This document shows, one piece after another, positions 21,610-31,405 of a DNA stretch of 64,000 nucleotides. The notes under the pieces are model-generated. The model saw only the letters and a list, made by a program, of their open reading frames with translations, was not told the DNA's origin and did no database searches. Both the position numbers and the translations under genes were made by a program. The DNA comes from Candidatus Bathyarchaeota archaeon (GTDB lineage Archaea > Thermoproteota > Bathyarchaeia > Bathyarchaeales > Bathycorpusculaceae), in the NCBI GenBank assembly GCA_963717465.1, contig OY970340.1, forward strand, positions 1,632,001-1,696,000. The letters run 5' to 3'. Position 1 is the stretch's first letter. Each line of letters opens with the position of its first letter.

Positions 21610-22650
21610 ATGGTTGAATTGACTTCTTATGACAGAGTCATGGCTGTTTTAAACGGCAAGAAAAGTTCTGTTGATAGGCTTCCTTGCATAAACTCTGTTA
21701 GTGTAAGCACGATTGATTTCATGAAGTCTTATGATGCTTATTGGCCAGCCGCACACAAAGACCCTGTGAAAATGGCCAAACTTGGCTCGGCGGCTCACAG
21801 ATTATGTGGTCTTGATAACGTGACAGTACCATTTTGTATGACAGTTGAAGCGGAGGCACTTGGAGCGGTGATTAATTTTCACGAAGACACAATAAAGTGG
21901 CCCTCAATTAAAGAATTTCACGTGAACGAGCCTTCAGATCTTAAATTTCCCAATGACGTATCAACAGCTGGAAGAGTTCCAGTCGTCATTGAAGCAATCA
22001 AAATATTGAAAAAAGAATTTGAAGGCAAAGTTCCCGTAAATGCTTACATAACACCACCATTCACGAGCATCAGCAGTTACCTAGTGGACAGCGTTACTTT
22101 CTTGAAGTGGCTGAGAGTTTCGCCAGAAAAGGTTCATCAATTCGTAAAAAGCGCTAACGATTTTTACGCAAAAATAGCAAAATTATACGAAGAAGCTGGG
22201 GCTGACATAATTACTCTTCATGAGATGGGTGCTTCTACAGATAACATATCACCGAGACATTTTGATCAATTCGTTAAGCCTTATATCGTTGACTTGATTA
22301 AGCCTTTGAAGGCAAAAACGATTTTGAACATTTGCGGAGATGCTAATATGATTGTTGACAAAATGGTTGGAACTGGTGCAAGTGCCATATCAGTAGATGA
22401 GAGAACAAAAATTAGCGGAGTTAGAAATGCAGTGGATAAGATTAAGCCAGGTTATCCTGTCGCCGGTAATTGCCCATCCTACACAGTGATACACTTAGGT
22501 ACTGTCGAAAAAATAAGGGACTATGTCAAGCAAAACATCCAAGATGGCGTTGATATTGTGGCTCCCGGTTGTGATTTTTGGCTAGAGACTTCTGTTGATC
22601 ATGTGAAGGCTTTTATTGATGCAGCCAAAGAATTTGGGAAACTACAATGA
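21610..22650 (+). CDS. MtaA/CmuA (URO-D) family methyltransferase, paralogue 3
   Basis: VPFCMTVEAEALGA, LNICG, PGCD; closely similar to 19166-20215. Confidence 0.85.
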   Translation: MVELTSYDRVMAVLNGKKSSVDRLPCINSVSVSTIDFMKSYDAYWPAAHKDPVKMAKLGSAAHRLCGLDNVTVPFCMTVEAEALGAVINFHEDTIKWPSIKEFHVNEPSDLKFPNDVSTAGRVPVVIEAIKILKKEFEGKVPVNAYITPPFTSISSYLVDSVTFLKWLRVSPEKVHQFVKSANDFYAKIAKLYEEAGADIITLHEMGASTDNISPRHFDQFVKPYIVDLIKPLKAKTILNICGDANMIVDKMVGTGASAISVDERTKISGVRNAVDKIKPGYPVAGNCPSYTVIHLGTVEKIRDYVKQNIQDGVDIVAPGCDFWLETSVDHVKAFIDAAKEFGKLQ

Positions 22651-22740
22651 TAAAGAGGAATACTTTACAAAAAAGTATTTATTCCTGCAACAAAACTCAC
22701 GAAACTTAAAGAACTAATAATTTAATGGAGAGAAAAAATA

Positions 22741-23427
22741 ATGAGTGAAACTGAAATATTTAAGAAACTTTCTGATGCAGTTGATACTGGAAACGTTGAG
22801 ATGGCTAAAGAGGCTGCTAACGAGGCTATCGCTAAGGGCGTTCCAGCTTTGAAGGCGATTTTGAATGGGCTTGCAGAAGGAATGAGAATTGTTGGCGTAA
22901 AATACGAAGAAAAGGAATATTTCTTGCCTGACATGCTTGCGGCAGCAGATGCAATGTACGCTGGGATAGAACTTTTGACTCCTCATATTCCTGCGGCGGA
23001 TAGAAAATCAAAAGGAAAGATAGTTATGGGTGTTGTAGAAGGCGATGTTCATGACATTGGAAAAAACATTGTAAAAATAATGTTGACGGCTTCTGGATAT
23101 GAAATCGTGGACTTGGGCAAAGATGTGCCAACAGGCGAATTTATTAATAAAGCTAAGAGTGAAGGAGCGCAAGTAATAGCGATGTCAACGCTTATGACGC
23201 CAACGCTCATGTCTATGAAAACAGTAGAAGAAAAACTGAAAGAATCAGGAATGAAAGACACTGTTAAAACTATCATAGGCGGCGGCTCAGTAAGCGAGGA
23301 ATGGAAGAATAAAATAGGTTCAGATGCTTATGGCGCGGATTCTTCAGAAGCTGTCAGCAAAGTTAAGCAGTTGCTAGATAGTATCATGACCGCTGTAGAC
23401 GTAATGAAAAAAGATCAGAAACAATAA
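22741..23427 (+). CDS. methyltransferase cognate corrinoid protein (MtaC/MtbC-like)
   Basis: GDVHDIGKNIV B12-binding motif, MSTLMT, IIGGG. Confidence 0.93.
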   Translation: MSETEIFKKLSDAVDTGNVEMAKEAANEAIAKGVPALKAILNGLAEGMRIVGVKYEEKEYFLPDMLAAADAMYAGIELLTPHIPAADRKSKGKIVMGVVEGDVHDIGKNIVKIMLTASGYEIVDLGKDVPTGEFINKAKSEGAQVIAMSTLMTPTLMSMKTVEEKLKESGMKDTVKTIIGGGSVSEEWKNKIGSDAYGADSSEAVSKVKQLLDSIMTAVDVMKKDQKQ

Positions 23428-23441
23428 GAAGGTAGACTAGT

Positions 23442-25358
23442 TTGGCTCCTGAAGAAATTGAGATCGTATTTCAGCCCTATGGCAAACGAACAAAGTTTCC
23501 ATCGGGCATCAACCTTTTAGATGCCGCCAAAGGTTTAGGCATAGATTTATCTTCACTATGCTCAGGAAAAGGCACTTGCGGAAAATGCAAAATCAAGATT
23601 CAAAAAGGAGCAGAGGGTTTAAGTCCCCTCACAGAAAAGGAATCAAAGCGCCTATCCCAAGAGGAACTTGACACATCCCACAGATTAGCATGCCAAGCTA
23701 CAATAACAAACTCTGCAATAATCTATGTTCCACTAACAAGCAGAGTGGGAGTTCAGAGACTACAAACTGACGGGCTTGATGTACCAGTAAAACCCAACCC
23801 CTTCGTGAGAAAATACTATTTAGAAATGACTCAACCATCACTTCATGACATGAGGTCTGATGAAGACAGAGTTTTTGATGCATTAAACAAGGAGTACGGT
23901 CTTTCTAACGTAAAATTTGACTTTGACACCGCAAAAACTCTTCCAATAAACCTTCGAAAAGAAGATTGCAAAGCAACCGCTGTTGTCTGGAACGACAAAG
24001 AAATTATTGCTCTCGAACCTGGAAATACCTCCGATAGATGCTTTGGACTTGCCGTGGATATCGGATCTACAAAGCTAGCAGGATTCTTGATGGATCTTAA
24101 AACCGGTCAAGTTGTTGCCGTCGCAGCTAGAATGAACCCCCAAATTCCGCTGGGCGAAGATGTCATGTCAAGGATAACCTATGCTATGATGGGTGAGTGG
24201 AAAGCCATCCAGGAACTCCAAACAGCTGTTGTCTCAGGAATTAACGAAATAACTGAGGAATGCTGCAAAAAGGCAAATGTGAAAATTGAAGAAATATACG
24301 AAACCAACTTCGTCGGTAACACAGCAATGCAACTTTGTTTCCTCGGTTTCTGGTCTAGATATGTAGGCTTCTCACCTTACCCGCCAGTACTTCGAAGAGG
24401 TGTTGATGTACGCGCTGCAAGGTTAGGCTTAAAGGCTCACCCAAATGCGAATACGCACTATCTCCCGGTCATTGGAGGTTTCGTGGGAGCAGATAGTATT
24501 GCATGCATCTTAGCATCAAAACTTCTAGAAGAAGATGAAATCAAAATGATTATCGACGTAGGCACAAACACTGAAATCATGTGCGGAAATAAAGACCTAT
24601 GCATGGCTGACTCTTGTGCATCTGGTCCAGCCTTTGAAGGAATGGAAATAAAATTCGGCATGAGAGCAGCAACAGGAGCTATCGAAAAAATTAGCATTGA
24701 TCCTGATACATTGGACCTTAACTTCAGAACTATTGGAAATGCTCCTGCTGTTGGCATAACTGGATCCGCACTCGTCGACGCTCCAGCTGAGCTTCTGAAG
24801 TCTGGTATAATAAACTTGAGGGGCAACTTTGTTCCAGAAATGATGAAGAGAACTGATAGATTAAGAAAGGGATCTAGCGGCTGGGAATTTGTGATAGCGA
24901 GAAAGAATGAAACAAGCATCGGCACAGATGTCGTTTTAACCTTAGCTGATGTTAGAGCACTCCAGCAGGCAAAAGCTGCAATGCACGTTGGAGCAGACAT
25001 TCTGATGAAAAGGATGAACATTCCAATAGAGAAACTGGATAAACTGGTGATTGCTGGGGCCTTCGGAAACTATATCGACGCCGAAAACGCAAGGACAATC
25101 GGCATGTATCCTGAAGTGCCGCTTGAAAAGATCGCTTTCGTTGGAAACCTTGCTGGCACAGGTTCTAGACTTGCTTTGATTTCAAAAGAAGAAAGAGCGA
25201 AAGCTGAAGAAATAAGCAAAAAGGTAAAGTACTATGAACTTGCAGTGGATCCTGAATTCCAGACAGAATATGCGAAGTCACTGTACTTCCCGCACTCTGA
25301 CCTGGATAAGTATCCAAGCACTAAAGAATTACTGAAGAAGTTAGGTCGCATTCCTTAA
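23442..25358 (+). CDS. ATP-dependent reductive activator of corrinoid proteins (RACE/RACo type, ASKHA/DUF4445)
   Basis: N-terminal [2Fe-2S] CSGKGTCGKC...RLAC; DIGST, DVGTNTE, GPAFEG, AGAFG. Confidence 0.9.
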   Translation: MAPEEIEIVFQPYGKRTKFPSGINLLDAAKGLGIDLSSLCSGKGTCGKCKIKIQKGAEGLSPLTEKESKRLSQEELDTSHRLACQATITNSAIIYVPLTSRVGVQRLQTDGLDVPVKPNPFVRKYYLEMTQPSLHDMRSDEDRVFDALNKEYGLSNVKFDFDTAKTLPINLRKEDCKATAVVWNDKEIIALEPGNTSDRCFGLAVDIGSTKLAGFLMDLKTGQVVAVAARMNPQIPLGEDVMSRITYAMMGEWKAIQELQTAVVSGINEITEECCKKANVKIEEIYETNFVGNTAMQLCFLGFWSRYVGFSPYPPVLRRGVDVRAARLGLKAHPNANTHYLPVIGGFVGADSIACILASKLLEEDEIKMIIDVGTNTEIMCGNKDLCMADSCASGPAFEGMEIKFGMRAATGAIEKISIDPDTLDLNFRTIGNAPAVGITGSALVDAPAELLKSGIINLRGNFVPEMMKRTDRLRKGSSGWEFVIARKNETSIGTDVVLTLADVRALQQAKAAMHVGADILMKRMNIPIEKLDKLVIAGAFGNYIDAENARTIGMYPEVPLEKIAFVGNLAGTGSRLALISKEERAKAEEISKKVKYYELAVDPEFQTEYAKSLYFPHSDLDKYPSTKELLKKLGRIP

Positions 25359-25700
25359 CTTCACAATTCCTCAATTTTTTTATTTAAATGCGAATTACTA
25401 GATTATCAGTTGCATCTATTAAGGCACTAACAATGTAATATTGTTTCAAACCATTTTCTGCGGACCGTGCGTAGAACTGATGTTTCCTTGGGTTTTTTGA
25501 TCTGCAGTTTGGCTCGGAACGCTCGCTTTCTGTTTCTTTCATTATTAGGTTAATGAGTGGGAGACCAGGTTTTGCAAAGCAGAAATGTACCTACAGTCAA
25601 ATCAATCAACAAGTCGTTCAAACTTACTCATACTCTTCGTGTGCTGTCCTTAAGAGTGCGATGGCTGCTAGCGCTATAAATTTATTATAATAATTAATTC

Positions 25701-26531
25701 TTATTTTTTTCTTACTTGCTCAAGTTGTTGTATTCTTGTATTCACATCGACAGCTTTGCCCCATAACCCCTCAAAAAATACTCGCAACACTCGAATAAAC
25801 ACTTCGCTATCAGTCCAAAAAGCAACCATATCTTCGCCCATCTTAGATTCCCAAACTAGCATCGCACTTTTATCATCTCCTATTAAAAGTCTATATGTTA
25901 TATTTTCCTCCAAAACTAAACAACGCGATTCTGCATTAATACCTAATTCAATAGTCGTAGCCATAAATCGGTTAACTTTTTCGACTTCTTCACGTTTAAA
26001 ATTGATTAAAGATCTAATTTTCACATTCTTAAAATTGCCTTGTACTATCTGTTCAGAAGATAGTCCCTTAAAATTTGAGACCATCCATAATATCTCTTTC
26101 TTTGCATCAAGAACCACCTGTACGCCTTTTGCAGATATAATTTCTTGCCGTTTAAGAATTAGAAATTTTTCATTATCCGCTATTGGGTAATCAGATGTTA
26201 TTGACTTAAATTGAGCTATGATCTCCTTTTTATCAGCTTCTAAGCAATGAGTTTGTTCTTTCATTGCTTTAATATTCAAGTCTAGAACTTTTTCAATTGG
26301 AACAGCAATATATGCCATTGGGCGGTCTATTGTTGATTCTACGATGCCCTTACTTTGTAAACTCTTTAGAGCACGATATGTATCCCCTTTATGGAGTCTT
26401 AGTCTGTTTATAATTTCCTTAGCATTGGTAGGGACTTGATTTTTTGCGAGGTAAAGGAAAACTTCTTGCTCTTTTTTAGTCAGCCCCAGTTTTGTAAGAA
26501 TCTCTGATAACTGATTGTTGTATCCATTCAT
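25701..26531 (-). CDS. TrmB-family transcriptional regulator
   Basis: LGLTKKEQEVFLYL...YRALKSLQSKGIVE...RPMAYIAVP. Confidence 0.85.
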   Translation of the reverse strand: MNGYNNQLSEILTKLGLTKKEQEVFLYLAKNQVPTNAKEIINRLRLHKGDTYRALKSLQSKGIVESTIDRPMAYIAVPIEKVLDLNIKAMKEQTHCLEADKKEIIAQFKSITSDYPIADNEKFLILKRQEIISAKGVQVVLDAKKEILWMVSNFKGLSSEQIVQGNFKNVKIRSLINFKREEVEKVNRFMATTIELGINAESRCLVLEENITYRLLIGDDKSAMLVWESKMGEDMVAFWTDSEVFIRVLRVFFEGLWGKAVDVNTRIQQLEQVRKK

Positions 26532-26832
26532 CTGTTAATCTTCCATTGATATTTTAGACTGGCTTTGAAAATGAATAAGTACTTCCAAGAAAATAACTTT
26601 CATAGTAATTGATCATAAACCATTAACTAACCTTCACTACCACTAGTCTCAGGGTGTTCGCATTTTCGACTTACCAAATTATATATTTGAATATTTACAT
26701 AAAAGCCTTGTGATGGTGTGATGGTTTAGGGAGGTGTTCTTCATGTACATACTCCAGGTCTCAATACTTGATTCCAACTCCCTAACTAATCTCCAATAAA
26801 ATTGTCAGAAATATGGGGGATCATAAGAATAT

Positions 26833-27099
26833 ATGTCTGGGCGTAGGAGGAATATGGTCTCAAAAGCTGCTTTTGATATTCTTCGCCTTCTTTCATTAAA
26901 TGGACGAACAAGATACACTCAAATTTGCTTTGAATTGGCTTTAAGTAAGACTACTGTAAGCATTTGTCTGAAAAAATTGATTGCCGAAGGCTTGGTTAAA
27001 AGCAGAATTAGCATTGCTGGAATCAAAGTTTACTCTAACACGGCTAAAGGTAACAAAGTCTATGAGCGCAAAAAAACAACTGTAGTAATCTTAAGTTGA
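26833..27099 (+). CDS. small winged-helix DNA-binding protein
   Basis: ILRLL...YTQICFELALSKTTVSICLKKLIAEGLV...YSNTAKG. Confidence 0.7.
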   Translation: MSGRRRNMVSKAAFDILRLLSLNGRTRYTQICFELALSKTTVSICLKKLIAEGLVKSRISIAGIKVYSNTAKGNKVYERKKTTVVILS

Positions 27100-27106
27100 T
27101 GCTGTT

Positions 27107-27283
27107 ATGACTGAGTTTGTAGCGGGTTTAAGTCGTAATAAAACTAAAACTCAGATTTTCACCAAGTATTGTATGCGCTGCGATAAACCGTTCAGGCTAA
27201 ATGATAAAGTTGTAAGTCGCCCACGGAGAAATCAACTCCAAAGATACTATCATAAAGATTGCTATGAAGAAATGTTTGTTTAA
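27107..27283 (+). CDS. 58-aa CxxC...HxxC zinc-finger protein (below the ORF-track cut-off)
   Basis: MTEFVAGLSR...YCMRCDKPFRLNDKVVSRPRRNQLQRYYHKDCYEEMFV*; homologous to 6120-6359. Confidence 0.7.
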   Translation: MTEFVAGLSRNKTKTQIFTKYCMRCDKPFRLNDKVVSRPRRNQLQRYYHKDCYEEMFV

Positions 27284-27289
27284 GCACGC

Positions 27290-27849
27290 GCAGTCTTTTT
27301 GCGTGTTTAGCGGACCGATACAACTAGGCAATTCTCTGTTAAGATAAGGCTCCAAGTTTCCACGTGTCAATGTTATAAAATCGCTAACACGTAAGCCTAA
27401 CGACTTGCCAACTGTAATGACGTATTGTTTGGTTAAATTACCTATATCAGCCATTTTCTTTAAATCATCCCTAGTAAACCGATAGTCTTCGGTTTTACGA
27501 CTTGCCTTGTTGTTTTTTACTTTCTTGTGTTCGTAAAACAATTGGCATGTAAAAGTATGTGAAAAAACTTCTAGGCGCAATGGTTGCGGTTTTTGCGTAC
27601 TTGAATGAAACCCTTGTTTTTTAGCCATTGTTTGAATGACATTATTTTGCGTTCCCAGCTATGTTCGGTATCGGTTTTGCGGTCTGCAAGTATTTGGTCG
27701 CCTGTCATGCCTGTAAATTCCAAAAAATTTAACCAGTTGTAAAATTAACCATCCCTCGTTGCATTTAAACTATCCAACCATTCTGTCGAAGCTTTATCGG
27801 TTGGGTCGATAGTTCTTGGGGTTTTAGAGCGGTAAGCGCCTTTTCTCAA
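27290..27849 (-). pseudogene. N-terminal fragment of a tyrosine recombinase/integrase
   Basis: TTG 27849, in-frame TAA near 27746, FLEFTGMTGDQILADRK, frameshifts, box I GLRVSDF, then truncated. Confidence 0.75.
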
Positions 27850-27984
27850 TTAATCTAACCTTCCTACTTGGTTGATTAACTTTTAGCGCCTTGGATTTAG
27901 GCTATTTGTGGATTTAAGGCGAATATGAGACTTTATTTTAAAGCGCGACTTAAAAAAATATGTTGGAAAATTTCGTTTTTTCAG

Positions 27985-28012
27985 CAAAGTTTATAATAAA
28001 AGTTTTATATAG
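27985..28012 (+). promoter_or_regulatory. candidate BRE/TATA promoter of the mcr operon
   Basis: AAAGTTTATAA and AAAAGTTTTATATA 35-60 nt upstream of mcrB. Confidence 0.5.
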
Positions 28013-28045
28013 TCTGAAAGAATATCATAATAAAACCAAAAGGTC

Positions 28046-29387
28046 ATGATCGGAATGAAGTACAAGGACAAAATAGACCTGTATAGTGAGGAAGGAAAAC
28101 TACTTGAGTCTAATGTACCTCTTGAGGCCATTAGTCCAATTTTAAACCCTGCGATTAAGAAAATAATTCATACATTGATGAGATCCGTCGCTGTTAACTT
28201 AGAAGGCATAGAGAAATCTTTGGCAAACGGAACAGTTGGCGGTGAAGGATGTAAGATTCCTGGAAGAGAACTACAACTCGACATTGTGAAAAATGCCAAT
28301 GTCATTGCAGACAAGGTTTTGGAAAAAGTCAGAGCTAAGAAAGGCGATGATGCTGAAGTTCAAATTCTAGCTGGCGGAAAACAACTCCTAGTTAAATCTC
28401 CAACTCTGAGACTCGAAGCTAGTGCTGAATACACAACATCTTTAACTAACATTGCATCAGCTGTGACGCAAACGATCATTGATGTATTCAACGTATCAAT
28501 GTTCGATGCGGATATGGTTAAAGCAGCTGTTTGGGGCAGGTACCCACAATCAATTAATCTAATGGGCAGTAATCTTGCCTCTGTCCTAGGTGTGCCACAG
28601 GCAAACGAGGGCTTAGGTTACGCTCTAAGAAACATATCCGCGGCTTATGTAGCAATGATATGCAAGAAGAACGCTTTAAACACAGCAGCCTTATCCTCAA
28701 TACTTGAACAGATCAGCAGCGTTCGAAATGGGAGACGCAATCGGCGACTTTGAAAGAATGCAACTTCTCGGACTCGCATTCCAAGGATTAAACGCTAACA
28801 ACCTCGTTTACGACCTTGTTAAGGAAAACGGTAAAACCGGAACAGTCGGCACTGTTATTACCAGCCTCGTAAAACGTGCACTCAAAGACAAAGTTATACG
28901 ACCTCTTGAAAAGAACGAATCAGGTTTTGTTACATATACTACTGACGACATGGCGCTCTGGAACGCATACGCAGGAGCTGGATTATTAGCAGCCACAATG
29001 ATAAGCCAAGGCGCAATGAGAGCTATGCAAGGAGTTTCAGCAGTAGTAGTATATTTCAACGACATGCTCGAACACGAAACAGGATTGCCCTCAGTCGAGT
29101 TCGGCAAATCCATGGGTTCAGGAGTTGAATTCTCATTCTTCAGCCACTCAATATACGGCGGTGGAAGCCCAGTCGTATTCCACGGAAACCACATCGTGAC
29201 AAGACACAGCAAAGGATTCTCCATACCTCCAGTCGCAGCAGCAATCGCACTCGACGCAGGAACAGTTTACTATACACCAGAAAAAGTCGCTGGAATAATT
29301 AGCGAAGTTTTCAGCACAATACCAGAACTAAGAGAGCCAATCGCTCATGTAGCAAAAGCTGCTGCAGAAGTGAAGGCCTCTATATAG
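28046..29387 (+). CDS. mcrB: methyl-coenzyme M reductase beta subunit (+1 frameshift near 28713)
   Basis: [61 protein letters not shown]. Confidence 0.97.
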
Positions 29388-29399
29388 GCGAAAAAATCG

Positions 29400-29847
29400 G
29401 TGCCAAACACACCCCCTCAATTTTCTTTTAAAAATATTTCTGAAAATAACGAAGAAATCGAAATTTTTCCGAATCGTCTATTAAGCCTTGCAACTTTAGA
29501 AAAAATATTAAATAAAATTTCTAAAATTGAAGAAGTTATCTCTGTAACCTTGCAGGGTCAGCGTCTTCCTAAAGAAGAAGCTACTTGCGCTTGTGAAGCT
29601 GAAAACCAAGTTGAGAGCAGAAAGATTCTTGTGCAAAATCAGGAAATTGAAATTCACATCATGACTGGTCGAATAATTCTCGAAGTGCCAAGCCAAGAAA
29701 CTGAAAAAGTTATCAAAAAAATTAAGAAAATATCTGATCAACTGTCTTCCATTTGGCTATAGTATTAGAGTTGGCAAATTCCTTAAAAGAAACGTGTCAC
29801 TAGCTGATTATAAGAGAGAATGGTTTCAAAATATCTCCAAAAAATAA
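29400..29847 (+). CDS. mcrD: MCR operon protein D (+1 frameshift near 29746)
   Basis: IEIFPNRLL...TLEKILN, QGQRLP, GRIILE; shifted tail LPFGYSIRVGKFLK...SLADY; lies between mcrB and mcrC. Confidence 0.9.
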
Positions 29848-29875
29848 TTCGTATCTTTAAGATTCTTAGGAGTCG

Positions 29876-30545
29876 ATGATAAAGTTGCCTGGTGGTTCTT
29901 GTCGCAGAATGGAGAAGCCTTGCATAGGCAAAAAGACACAGTTTATCGATTGCCGAGAGGTAATGGGTTTAGGTTTAGGTGGAGGATTAGCGCAACGTGG
30001 AACTCTCGCTGAAGCGTCTCCTGCAGATGTTATTGTTATAGCTATGTCACCTGGAAGAAGGCATATTACTAAACCCGTTTGCGAAATTACCTCTGCATTA
30101 AGAGAAGCTGGTATCAGTGTGAGTGTTTTGATTTTAGATGCTGGTTCAAGTGTACCACCTGATGCACCTTCCTCAAGACAAGGGTACGGACCAATCTTTG
30201 GTTTGTCTCCAGAAGAATTTGCAAAGAATTTCAAAGCATAAACTTGCAATAATTCATTTGGGAAATGTTAGAGCTCACATTGTTTATAAAGCTCGTGCAA
30301 TTTTGAGAATGGTCAATATTCCTGCGGTTGTTATTTGTCAATGTCCAGTTGATTTTGAGGATTTTGCTGAAGTCGGTGTTAGAACGCGCTTTGTAAAACC
30401 GAATGCGACTGAGGAGCAGACTCTTGGTGAGATTGTTGAAATTGTTACTGACGTGGTAAGGGGTCAAACATGCCCTCGAAGTAAACTCGATGAGATAAGT
30501 GGAAAAGTCAAGTCATCACTAAACTTATTAAGGAAAACAAAATAA
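29876..30545 (+). CDS. mcrC: MCR operon protein C (+1 frameshift near 30224)
   Basis: [54 protein letters not shown]. Confidence 0.95.
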
Positions 30546-30596
30546 TAGTTGAAAAGAAACCATACAATAATTGAGACAAAACGGAGTGTATAGCAT

Positions 30597-31379
30597 TTGG
30601 AAAAATCAGATTATAAGCCTCAATATACCCCTGGCGTCTCCGATGTAGCTAAGAACAGAAGAAACTACATGGACCCAAAGCACAAATTGGAGAAGCTTCG
30701 CTCAATTTCTGACGAATCTCTGATAAGGTTGCTTGGGCATCGCGAGCCTGGAGAAGCCTATAAATCAGTTCACCCACCCCTTGAAGAAATGGGCGAACCT
30801 AAATGCACGATAAGGAAACTTGTTGAACCCACACCTGGAGCCAAAGCTGGTGACAGAATCACATTCATACAATTCACCGATTCTGTGTACTTCTCGCCTT
30901 TGGCACCCTACAGCAGGTGCTGGATGTACATGTCAAGATACAGAGGTGTAGACCCTGGCGCTCTATCAGGAAGATGCCCCCTTGAAATGAGAGAAAGAGA
31001 TTTAGAAGCAGTTTCAAAGGAGCTAATTGAAACAGAAGTTTTCGACCCAGCAAGAACCGCAGTTAGAGGCGCAACAGTACACGGCCACTCTTTGAGACTG
31101 GACGAGAACGGAATGATGTTTGACTTATTAAGACGCTCTGTTTACGACAAGAAGAAGCAAGAAATCACATATGTTAAAGATCAGTTGGGAGTACCGTTAG
31201 ACACGCCAATTGCACTTGGAAAACCGTTACCAGAAGAAGAATTAAGGAAAAGAACAACAATCTTCAGGGCAGACGGAACATCCATACGAAAAGATCCAGA
31301 GCTACTAAAATATATTCAAAGAATTCACACACTAAGAACAATCGCTGGTCATAACCCGGAAAAAGCCAAAGGACTATAA
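30597..31379 (+). CDS. mcrG: methyl-coenzyme M reductase gamma subunit
   Basis: LGHREPGEAYKSVHPPLEEM, GAKAGDR, RGATVHGHSLRLDENGMMFD. Confidence 0.97.
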   Translation: MEKSDYKPQYTPGVSDVAKNRRNYMDPKHKLEKLRSISDESLIRLLGHREPGEAYKSVHPPLEEMGEPKCTIRKLVEPTPGAKAGDRITFIQFTDSVYFSPLAPYSRCWMYMSRYRGVDPGALSGRCPLEMRERDLEAVSKELIETEVFDPARTAVRGATVHGHSLRLDENGMMFDLLRRSVYDKKKQEITYVKDQLGVPLDTPIALGKPLPEEELRKRTTIFRADGTSIRKDPELLKYIQRIHTLRTIAGHNPEKAKGL

Positions 31380-31405
31380 AAAGAGGTTAAAATGAGGTAA
31401 TAATT

